This document shows, piece after piece, positions 14,701-24,802 of a stretch of 64,000 bases of DNA. This DNA is from Eledone cirrhosa (taxonomy: Eukaryota): NCBI GenBank assembly GCA_964016885.1, contig OZ024740.1, positions 7,936,001-8,000,000 on the forward strand. Reading direction: 5' to 3'. The notes below the pieces were generated by a model. That model was not told the DNA's origin. It did no database searches and saw nothing but the letters and a program-made list of their open reading frames with translations. The position numbers were made by a program, and so were the translations under genes. How positions within the stretch are numbered: the first letter of the stretch is position 1; each line of letters opens with the position of its first letter.

Positions 14701-17700
14701 ATGGTATGTCAGTTTCGATTGGTATGTCAGTTTCGATTGCTATGTCAGTTTCGATTGGTATATCAGTTTCTATTTGTATGTCAGTTTCGATTGGTATGTC
14801 AGTTTCTATTTGTATATCAGTTTCTATTGGTATGTCAGTTTTGATTGGTATATCAGTTTCGATTAGTATGTCAGTTTCGATTGGTATGTCAGTATCGATT
14901 GGTATATCAGTTTCGATAGGTATATCAGTTTCGATTGGTATAACAGTTTCTATTGCTATATCAGTTTCTGTTGGATTGTCAGTTTCTATTGGCATGACAG
15001 TTTCGATTAGTGTATCAGTTTCGATTGTTATATCAGTTTTGATTGGTATGTCAGTTTCTATTGGTATATCAGTTACGATTGGTATATCAGTTTTGATTGG
15101 TATGTCAGTTTCTATTGGTATGTCAGTTTCTATTGGTATATCAGTTTTGATTGGTATATCAGTTTCGATTGGTATGTCAGTTTCGATTGGTATGTCAGTT
15201 TCTATTGGTATATCAGTTTCGAATGATATATCAGTTTCGATTAGTATGTCAGTTTCTAATGGTATGTGAGTTTCTATTAGTATATCAGTTTCTATTGGTA
15301 TGTCAGTTTCGATTGGTATCCTCAGTTTCGATTGGTATATCAGTTTCGATTAGTATATCAGTTTCGATTGTTACATCAGTTTCGATTGGTATGTCAGTTT
15401 CTATAGGTATATCAGTTTCTATTGGTATGTCAGTTTCGATTGGTATGTCAGTTTCGATTGGTACGTCAATTTTGATTGGTATATCAGTTTCGATTAGTAT
15501 GTCAGTTTCTATTGGTATATCAGTTTCGATTGGTATGTCAGTTTCGATTGGTATGTCAGTTTCTTTTGGTATATCAGTTTCGATTGATATATCAGTTACG
15601 ATTAGTATGTCACTTTCTAACGGTATGTCAGTTTCGATTGGTATGTCAGATTCTATTGGTATATCAGTTTCGATTGGTATATCAGTTTCGATTGTTATAT
15701 CAGTTTCTATTTGTATATCAGTTTCTATTGGTATGTCAGTATTGATTGGTATATCAGTTTCGATTGGTATGTCAGTTTCGATTGGTATGTCAGTTTCGAT
15801 TGGTATATCAGTTTCGATAGGTATATCAGTTTCGATTGGTATATCAGTTTTGATTGGTATAACAGTTTCTATTGCTATATCAGTTTCTGTTGGATTGACA
15901 GTTCCGATTGGTATGTCAGTTTCTATTGGTATATTGGTTTCGATTGGTATGTCAGTTTCTATTGGTATGTCAGTTTCGATTATTATATCAGTTACTATTG
16001 GTATGTCAGTTTCGATTGGAATGTCAGTTTCGATTGGTATATCAGTTTCTATTGGTATATCTGTTTCGATTGGTATGTCAATTTCGATTAGTATATCAGT
16101 TTCTATAGGTATGTAAGTTTCTATTGGTATATCAGTTTCGATTGGTATATCAGTTTTGATTAGTATGTCAGTTTCTATTGGTATGTCAGTTTCGATTGGT
16201 ATATCAGTTTCTATTGGTATGTCAATTTTGATTGGTATGTCAGTTTCGATTGGTATATCAGTTTCGATTAGTATATCAGTTTCGATTGTTATATCAGTTT
16301 CGATTGGTATGTCAGTTTCTATTGGTATATCAGTTTCTATTGGTATATCAGTTTCGATTGGTATGTCAGTTTCGATTGGTATGTCAGTTTCTATTTGTAT
16401 ATCAGTTTCGATTGATATATCAGTTTCGATTAGTATGTCACTTTCTAATGGTATGTCAGTTTCGATTAGTTTATCAGTTTCTATTGGCATATCAGTTTCT
16501 ATTGGTATGTCAGTTTCGATTGGTATGTCAATTTCGATTGGTATATCAGTTTCGATTAGTATGTCAGTTTCTATTGGTATATCAGTTTCGATCGGTATGT
16601 CATTTTCGATTGGTATATCAGTTTCGATTAGTATATCAGTTTCGATTGTTATATCAGTTTCGATTGGTATGTCAGTTTCTATTGGTATATCAGTTTCTAT
16701 GGGTATGTCAGTTTCGATTGGTATGTCAGTTTCGATTGGTATGTCAATTTCGATTGGTATATCAGTTTTGATTAGTATGTCAGTTTCTATTGGTATATCA
16801 GTTTCGATTGGTATATCAGATTCGATTGGTATGTCAGTTTCGATTAGTATATCAGTTTCTATTGGTATGTCAGTTTTGATTGGTATGTCAGTTTCGATTG
16901 GTATGTCAATTTCGATTGGTATATCAGTTTCGATTAGTATGTCAGTTTCAATTGGTATATCAGTTTCGATTGGTATATCTGATTAGTTTGATATGTCAGT
17001 TTCTATTGGTAGATCAGTTACGATTGGTATGTTAGTTACCATTGGTATATCAGTTTCGATTAGTATATCAGTTTCTTTTGGTATATCAGTTTCGATAGGT
17101 ATGTTCGTCCTCGATTTGTATGTCAGTTTCTATTGGTATATTAGTTTCGATGGGTATGTCAGTTTCTATTGGTATATCAGTTTCTATTGGTATGTCAATT
17201 TCTATTTGTATATCAGTTTCAATTGATATGTTAGTTTCTATTGGTATGTCATCTTCGATTAGTATATCAGTTTCTATTGGTATGTCAGTTTTGATTATTA
17301 TATCAGTTACTATTGGTATCTCAGTTTCGATTGTTATGTCAGTTCCGATTAGTATATCAGTTCGATTGGTATGTCAGTTTCTATTGGTATATCAGTTTCT
17401 ATTGGTATGTCAGTTTCTATTGGTATGTCAGTTTCTATTGGTATGTCAGTTTCTATTGCTATATCAGTTTCTATTAGTATATCAGTTTTGATAGGTATGT
17501 CACTTTCTATTGGTACATCAGTTTCGATTGGTATGTCAGTTTCGATTAGTATATCAGTTTCTATTTGTATGTTAGTTTTGATTGGTATGTCAGATTCTAT
17601 TGGTATATCAGTTTCGATTGGTATATCAGTTTCGATTGGTATATGAGTTTCTATTGGTATATCAGTTTCGATTGGAATGTCAGTTTCGATTGGTATTACA

Positions 17701-19326
17701 GTTTGGATTGGTATGTCAATTTCGATTGGTATATCAGTTTTGATTAGTATGTCAGTTTCTATTGATACATCAGTTTCGAATGGTATATTAGTTTCGATTG
17801 GTATGTCAGTTTCGATTGGTATATCAGTTTCTATTGGTATATCAGTTTCTATTGGTATATCAGTTTCTATTGGTATGTCAGGTTTGATTTGTATATCTGT
17901 TTCGATTGGTATGTCAGTTTCGATTGGTATATCAGTTTCGATTGGTATATCAGTTTCGAATAGTATATCATTTTCGATTGTTATATCAGTTTCGATTGGT
18001 ATATCAGTTTCGATTGGTATATCAGTTTCGATTGGTATGTCAGTTTCTATTGGTATGTCAGTTTCTATTGGTATGTCAGTTTCTATTGGTATATCAGTTT
18101 TGATTGGTATATCAGTTTCGATTGGTATGTCAGTTTCGATTGGTATGTCAGTTTCTATTGGTATATCAGTTTCGATTGGTATATCAGTTTCGATTGATAT
18201 ATCAGTTTCGATTAGTATGTCAGTTTCTAATGGTATGTCCGTTTCGATTACTATATCAGTTTCTATTGGTATGTCAGTTTCGATTGGTATGTCAGTTTCG
18301 ATTGGTATATCAGTTTCGATTAGTATATCAGTTTCGATTGTTATATCAGTTTCGATTGGTATGTCAGTTTCTATTGGTATATCAGTTTCTATTGGTATGT
18401 CAGTTTCGATTGGTATGTCAGTTTCGATTGGTATGTCAATTTTGATTGATATATCAGTTTCGATTAGTATGTCAGTTTCTATTGGTATATCAGTTTCGAT
18501 TGGTATATCAGTTTCGATTGGTATATCAGTTTCGATTGGTATATCAGTTTTGATTGGTATGGCAGTTTCGATTAGTATATCAGTTTCTATTGGTATGTTA
18601 GTTTTGATTGGTATGTCAGATTCTATTGGTATATCAGTTTCGATTGGTATATCAGTTTCGATTGGTATATGAGTTTCTATTGGTATATCAGTTTCTATTG
18701 GTATGTCAGTTTTGATTGGTATATCAGTTTCGATTAGTATGTCAGTTTCGATTGGTATGTCAGTTTCGATTGGTATATCAGTTTCGATAGGTATACCAGT
18801 TTCAATCAGTATGTCAGTTTTGATTGGTATAACAGTTTCTATTGCTATATCAGTTTCTATTGGATTGTCAGTTTCTATTGGTATGTCAGTTTCTATTGGT
18901 ATATCAGTTTCGATTGGTATGTCAGTTTCTATTGTTATATCAGTTTCGATTATTATATCAGTTACTATTGGTATGTCAGTTTCGATTGGAATGTCAGTTT
19001 CGATTGGTATGTCAGTTTCTATAGGTATGTAAGTTTCTATTGGTATATCAGTTTTGATTGGTATATCAGTTTCGATTGGTATGTCAGTTTTGATTGGTAT
19101 GTCAGTTTCTATTGGTATATCAGTTTCGATTGATATATCAGTTTCGATTAGTATGTCAGTTTCTAATGGTATGTCAGTTTCGATTAGTATGTCAGTTTCT
19201 ATTGGTATGTCAGTTTCAATTGGTATGTCAGTTTCGATTGGTATATCAGTTTCGATTAGTATATCAGTTTCGATTGTTATATCAGTTTCGATTGTTATAT
19301 CAGTTTCTATTGGTATGACAGTTTCG
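5751..19326 (+). repeat. Near-identical tandem duplication of ~6.8 kb (5751-12520 and 12521-19326)
   Basis: ORF pairs at +6770/+6806 (5982/12752, 8345/15151, 10187/16993, 11897/18703, 12248/19054). Copies differ by a 36-bp indel and a few SNVs. Confidence 0.93.
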
Positions 19327-21383
19327 ATTGGTATGTCAGTTTCGATTGGTATGTCAGTTTCGATTGGTATATCAGTTTCGATTGGTATGTCAGTTTCGAT
19401 TGGTATATCAGTTTCTATTTGTATGTCAGTTTCGATTGGTATGTCAGTTCTATTTGTATATCAGTGTTTATTGGTATGTCAGTTTTGATTGGTATATCAG
19501 TTTCGATTAGTATGTCAGTTTCGATTGGTATGTCAGTATCGATTGGTATATCAGTTTCGATAGGTATATCAGTTTCGATTGGTATGTCAGTTTTGATTGG
19601 TATAACACTTTCTATTGCTATATCAGTTTCTGTTGGATTGTCAGTTTCTATTGGTATGTCAGTTATGATTGGTATATCAGTTTCGATTGGTATGTCAGTT
19701 TTGATTGGTATAACAGTTTCTATTGCTATATCAGTTTCTGTTGGATTGTCAGTTTCTATAGGTATGACAGTTTCGATTAGTGTATCAGTTTCGATTGTTA
19801 TATCAGTTTTGATTGGTATGTCAGTTTCTATTGGTATATCAGTTACGATTGGTATATCAGTTTTGATTGGTATGTCAGTTTCTATTGGTATGTCAGTTTC
19901 TATTGGTATATCAGTTTTGATTGGTATATCAGTTTCGATTGGTATGTCAATTTCGATTGGTATGTCAGTTTCTATTGGTATATCAGTTTCGAATGATATA
20001 TCAGTTTCGATTAGTATGTCAGTTTCTAATGGTATGTCAGTTTCTATTAGTATATCAGTTTCTATTGGTATGTCAGTTTCGATTGGTATCCTCAGTTTCG
20101 ATTGGTATATCAGTTTCGATTAGTATATCAGTTTCGATTGTTACATCAGTTTCGATTGGTATGTCAATTTTGATTGATATAACAGTTTCGATTAGTATGT
20201 CAGTTTCTATTGGTATATCAGTTTCGATTGGTATATCAGTTTCGATTGGTATATGAGTTTCTATTGGTATATCAGTTTCTATTGGTATGTCAGTTTTGAT
20301 TGGTATATCAGTTTCGATTAGTATGTCAGTTTCGATTGGTATGTCAGTTTCGATTGGTATATCAGTTTCGATAGGTATACCAGTTTCAATCAGTATGTCA
20401 GTTTTGATTGGTATAACAGTTTGTATTGCTATATCAGTTTCTATTGGATTGTCAGTTTCTATTGGTATGTCAGTTTCTATTGGTATATCAGTTTCTATTG
20501 GTATGTCAGTTTCTATTGTTATGTCAGTTTCGATTATTATATCAGTTACTTTTGGTATGTCAGTTTCGATTGGAATGTCAGTTTCGATTGGTATGTCAGT
20601 TTCTATTGTTATATCTGTTTCGATTGGTATGTCAGTTTCGATTAGTATATCAGTTTCTATAGGTATGTAAGTTTCTATTGGTATATCAGTTTTGATTGGT
20701 ATATCAGTTTCGATTGGTATGTCTGTTTTGATTGGTATGTCAGTTTCTATTGGTATATCAGTTTCGATTGATATATCAGTTTCGATTAGTATGTCAGTTT
20801 CTAATGGTATGTCAGTTTCTATATGTATATCCGTTTCAATTGTTATGTCAGTTTCTATTGGTATATCAGTTTCTATTGGTATGTCAGTTTCGATTATTAT
20901 ATCAGTTACTATTGGTATCCCAGTTTCTATTGGTATGTCAGTTTCGATTGGTATATCAGTTTCGATTGGTATATCAGTTTCAATTGGTATATCAGTTCCT
21001 ATTGGTATGTCAGTTTTGATTGGTATATCAGTTTCTATTAGTATGTCACTTTTGATTGGTATGTCAGTTTCGTTTGGTATATCAGTTTCGATAGGTATAT
21101 CAGTTTCGATTGGTATGTCAGTTTTGATTGGTATAACAGTTTCGATTGCTATATCAGTTTCTGTTGGATTGTCAGTTTCGATTGGTATGTCAATTTCTAT
21201 TGGTATATCAGTCTCGATTGGTATGTCAGTTTCTATTGCCTAACTAACTCTCTCCTCCTCTGGCGCATCCCAACACACCCTGCCATTACCCCACCACCAC
21301 TGTCCTTCTAGCCCTCAATTTTCCCACCGTTAGGGATGGATGAGCTGGGAATACACGAGCAACTCTGAATCAATAGATGAAAT

Positions 21384-24300
21384 ATGAATCTGCGAGCTAC
21401 CAAGCACCCACGTGAAGCGCCAACCCAGAGACCCTCCCCTACGAGTGTCGACAAATGCCCAAAACTCCGAGTTGGTACCATCAATGTAGGCTCAATGAAA
21501 GGAAGAGCAGGAGAAATCGTAGAAATGCTAGAGCGAAAGGAAGTTGATGTATGCTGTGTGCAAGAGACTAGATGGAGAGGAGGGTCTGCTAGAGTCCTTG
21601 TAGGAAAAAGCCAGTGCTACAAATTTTTCTGGGTGGGAAATGACGATGGGATGGGTGGTGTAGGTATACTATTAGCTGACAAGTGGGTAGATAAAGTAAT
21701 CTCAGTGTACAGGGTAAATGCAAGAATCATTAAACTCAGACTAGTCCTGAATAAGACAATTACCACAATAATATCAGCTTACGCACCCCAATCGGGGCTG
21801 CCAGACGAACTTAAGGATAGGTTTTACGAGTCCCTAATACACACTACTGCTCTAACAGACGACAAGGACTTCCTAATCATTGCAGGAGATTTTAACGGAC
21901 ACGTAGGTAAACACTGCGACGGCTTCAATAGAGTACATGGAGGCCATGGAGTTGGCACAAGGAATGAGGAAGGATTCAGACTTCTAGAATTCTGCGACGC
22001 CAATGACATGTCGATATGTAACACAAACTTTAAAAAACCCGACAACCACCTGATCACCTATAGATCAGGGGAGCACTCTAGTCAGTTAGATTTTATCCTC
22101 ATCAGAGGACGTGACAGATGGACGGTCGTAAACACAAAAGCCTTCCCTAGTGAGGAATGTACATCCCAACATAGCTTAGTTGTCAGCGACCTCACGGTCA
22201 GAACTAGACGAGCCCTGAAACAGAGGCCAACCTGGAGAAGAAAGATCTGGAAGCTGAAAGTCCCCTCAACCAGTAACAGATTTAAAGATATTTTACTCAA
22301 CGCCTACGACAGTAAAGAAGAACAGATAGAGACATTTAACGTAGAAGAGAACTGGGAGTTCCTAAAAAATAACTTACTAGAGGCGACGGATGAGGTTTGT
22401 GGCTGGAGTAAGACCTCAAGCAGGAGGAGAGTGACTTGGTGGTGGAACAATAAGGTAGATGAAGCAGTCAAGGCCAAGAGACAGGCATGGAAAGAATGGA
22501 AGAACGGGGGGAGCAGGGTACATTACATAGAGACCAAGAGGGAAGCTAGGCGACAAGTATACTTAGCTAGGAGGGAAGCAGAGGATAGAAAATTCAAGCA
22601 TGTTTTACAACGTGAGGACCAGAAACAGGAGGTATTCAAGATTGCGAGGCAGTGTGTCAGAGATAGTTGTGATGTCATTGGAGAGAAGTGTATCCGGAAT
22701 GATAAAGGTGAGCTTGCCCTCACAAGTGCTGAGAAGAAAGATGCATGGAAGAGTCATTATGATAGATTACTAAATGAGGAGAATGCATGGGAAGAAGAGA
22801 CCCTACCCCACGTAGACCCTATAGAGGGACCAGCAGTACAAGTCAGCGGCAGCGTAGTAAGTAAGGCAATCAGAGATATGAAGATAGGGAAGGCAACCGG
22901 TCCATCGGGTATAGCTGCCGAGATGCTGAAGGCATCTGGGTCTGTAGGTCACACTATAACCACACGTATCGTTAACCAGGTAATACTAGAGGGGGCCATA
23001 CCAAAAGATTGGTGCAGTAGCATCATTGTCAACTGCTACAAAGGTAAAGGCGATGCACTAGATAGAGGAAACTATAGAGGTATAAAGTTGATGGACCAGG
23101 TCATGAAAGTAACAGAAAGAGTTATAGCACAGCTGATTAGGGACCGGGTGAATATAGACGAGATGCAATTTGGGTTTGTTCCAGGGAAAGGCACCACTGA
23201 TGCGCTCTTCCTTGTGAGGCAATTACAGGAAAAGTACCTAGCTAAAAGTAAGCCACTCTACTTGGCATTTGTCGACCTTGAGAAAGCCTTTGACAGAGTT
23301 CCACGTGCAGTAATCTGGTGGGCTCTTAGAAAACTAGGAGTAGATGAATGGCTTGTGAAAGCGGTACAAGCCATGTATAGGGGAGCAGTCAGCAAAGTTA
23401 GGATTGGCAATGAGTATAGCGAGGAATTTAGCGTACAGGTTGGGGTCCACCAGGGCTCTGTTCTTAGCCCTCTCCTGTTCATCATAGTCCTGCAGGCAAT
23501 AACGGAGGAGTTTAAGACCGGATGCCCATGGGAACTCCTGTATGCTGATGACCTCGCACTCATAGCTGAATCTATGGTAGAACTAGAGAATAAATTCCAA
23601 ACCTGGAAGCAGGGACTAGAGAGAAAGGGCCTCAAAGTCAACATGACAAAGACTAAGGTCCTTATAAGTAGACGAGAAAACAGAACCCAGATCCCCTCAG
23701 GGAAATGGCCTTGCTCAGTATGTAGGAAAGGTGTAGGTAGGAACTCCATTCTCTGCCCCAAATGCAAACAATGGGTACACAAGAGATGTAGCGGGATCTC
23801 AGGAAGCTTAATTAAGAATGTAGGATTCACATGCAGCAGCTGTGCTGAAACAGCAAGCAAACAGCCACAGGAAACAAGTACCACCAATCTCTGGGAGGGC
23901 CCTGTAGAAACAGTAGACAGCTTCTGCTACCTAGGTGACCGAATTAGCAACGGAGGTGGGTGCTCAGAAAGTACAATAACTAGGGTAAGAACGGGATGGA
24001 AGAAGTTTAGGGAACTACTACCACTGCTAGCTGCAAAAGGCTTCTCCCTCAGAATGAAAGGCAGACTGTATGATGCGTGTATCCGAACAGCGATGTTGCA
24101 TGGTAGTGAGACCTGGGCGCTGAAGGTGGAAGACTTACGTAGATTAGAGAGAAACGAAGCCTGCATGCTCCGATGGATGTGTAACAGTAATATACGTGAA
24201 CGACAAAGCATAAATGAATTGAGAGAGAGACTGAGCATAAGAGGAATCAAATGCTGCGTGCAGGAGAGGCGGTTACGCTGGTATGGACATGTGATGCGTA

Positions 24301-24503
24301 TGAAGGATGACAGCTGCATAAAAAGGTGCAGAGCACTAGAAGTTGATGGAAACCGCGGAGTGGGGAGACCCAAGATGACTTGGGATGAGGTGATAAAAGC
24401 CGACCTTACCCAACTACACCTCTCAAAGTCAATGACACACGACCGTGACTTCTGGCGTCACGCAGTAATACAGGGTACCCGACCTCCCATGGGTACATGC
24501 TGA
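21384..24503 (+). CDS. LINE ORF2-like protein (1039 aa): APE endonuclease, reverse transcriptase and embedded PHD-type zinc finger
   Basis: APE motifs GTINVG, VQETRW, GVGIL, SAYAP, GDFNGH, LDFIL, SQH. RT motifs NYRGI, QFGF, FVDLEKAFDRV, GVHQGSVLSPLLF, YADD (aa 720-723), GLKVN, FCYLG. RTE-like C-terminus (HGSETW, RRLRWYGHVMR, GRPKMTW). No stops or frameshifts. Confidence 0.97.
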   Translation: MNLRATKHPREAPTQRPSPTSVDKCPKLRVGTINVGSMKGRAGEIVEMLERKEVDVCCVQETRWRGGSARVLVGKSQCYKFFWVGNDDGMGGVGILLADKWVDKVISVYRVNARIIKLRLVLNKTITTIISAYAPQSGLPDELKDRFYESLIHTTALTDDKDFLIIAGDFNGHVGKHCDGFNRVHGGHGVGTRNEEGFRLLEFCDANDMSICNTNFKKPDNHLITYRSGEHSSQLDFILIRGRDRWTVVNTKAFPSEECTSQHSLVVSDLTVRTRRALKQRPTWRRKIWKLKVPSTSNRFKDILLNAYDSKEEQIETFNVEENWEFLKNNLLEATDEVCGWSKTSSRRRVTWWWNNKVDEAVKAKRQAWKEWKNGGSRVHYIETKREARRQVYLARREAEDRKFKHVLQREDQKQEVFKIARQCVRDSCDVIGEKCIRNDKGELALTSAEKKDAWKSHYDRLLNEENAWEEETLPHVDPIEGPAVQVSGSVVSKAIRDMKIGKATGPSGIAAEMLKASGSVGHTITTRIVNQVILEGAIPKDWCSSIIVNCYKGKGDALDRGNYRGIKLMDQVMKVTERVIAQLIRDRVNIDEMQFGFVPGKGTTDALFLVRQLQEKYLAKSKPLYLAFVDLEKAFDRVPRAVIWWALRKLGVDEWLVKAVQAMYRGAVSKVRIGNEYSEEFSVQVGVHQGSVLSPLLFIIVLQAITEEFKTGCPWELLYADDLALIAESMVELENKFQTWKQGLERKGLKVNMTKTKVLISRRENRTQIPSGKWPCSVCRKGVGRNSILCPKCKQWVHKRCSGISGSLIKNVGFTCSSCAETASKQPQETSTTNLWEGPVETVDSFCYLGDRISNGGGCSESTITRVRTGWKKFRELLPLLAAKGFSLRMKGRLYDACIRTAMLHGSETWALKVEDLRRLERNEACMLRWMCNSNIRERQSINELRERLSIRGIKCCVQERRLRWYGHVMRMKDDSCIKRCRALEVDGNRGVGRPKMTWDEVIKADLTQLHLSKSMTHDRDFWRHAVIQGTRPPMGTC
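23712..23843 (+). other. PHD-type (C4HC3) zinc finger coding segment, aa 777-820
   Basis: CSVC-x10-CPKC-x4-H-x2-C-x14-CSSC, with the typical W two residues before the His (WVH). Confidence 0.85.
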
Positions 24504-24552
24504 AGCATATAAACAATATGCCCCCCCCCCCCCCATCGCAAGGTGGTCGTGG

Positions 24553-24637
24553 AGGTGCCACGGCAAAAAAGCACCCAGCCCACACTGTAAAGTGGACGTG
24601 TAGGCGCCACGAAAAAGCACCCAGCACTCACTGTAAA
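24553..24637 (+). repeat. Imperfect direct repeat in LINE 3' UTR (24553-24591 and 24602-24637)
   Basis: AGGTGCCACGGCAAAAAAGCACCCAGCCCACACTGTAAA vs AGGCGCCACGAAAAAGCACCCAGCACTCACTGTAAA. A C14 run lies upstream at 24521-24534. Confidence 0.85.
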
Positions 24638-24787
24638 TGAGGTTGGTGTTAGGAAGGGCATCCAGCTGTAGAAATCAAGCCAGATCAGTTCCTGTATGAG
24701 CAAGGCATGGTCAGCCGACCAGACACTGCCCACAACAGGACAACCCGTCTAACCCATGCTAGCGTGGAAGAACGGACGTAAAACGGT

Positions 24788-24802
24788 GATGATGATGATG
24801 AT
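24788..24802 (+). repeat. (GAT)5 LINE 3' tail
   Basis: Read directly; overlaps the ATG of the resuming satellite. Confidence 0.95.

Larger units (their letters stand above)
1..21238 (+). repeat. 18-bp tandem satellite (TCAGTTTCKATTGGTATR), left segment; continues beyond window start
   Basis: Continuous head-to-tail monomers in one orientation, with dimorphic sites at position 9 (G/T) and 18 (A/G) and occasional 17/19-bp monomers. Ends at ...TTCTATTG 21238. Confidence 0.99.

Noticed and set aside
21239-21383. ORF1, internal promoter or HDV-like ribozyme in the leader; 10-codon uORF at 21336-21368
   Set aside because: I could not identify a supporting motif or fold, the leader may be truncated, and the uORF is too short to interpret.
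21824-24733. Minus-strand ORFs within the LINE
   Set aside because: Antisense shadows of the LINE ORF and UTR with no recognisable motifs.
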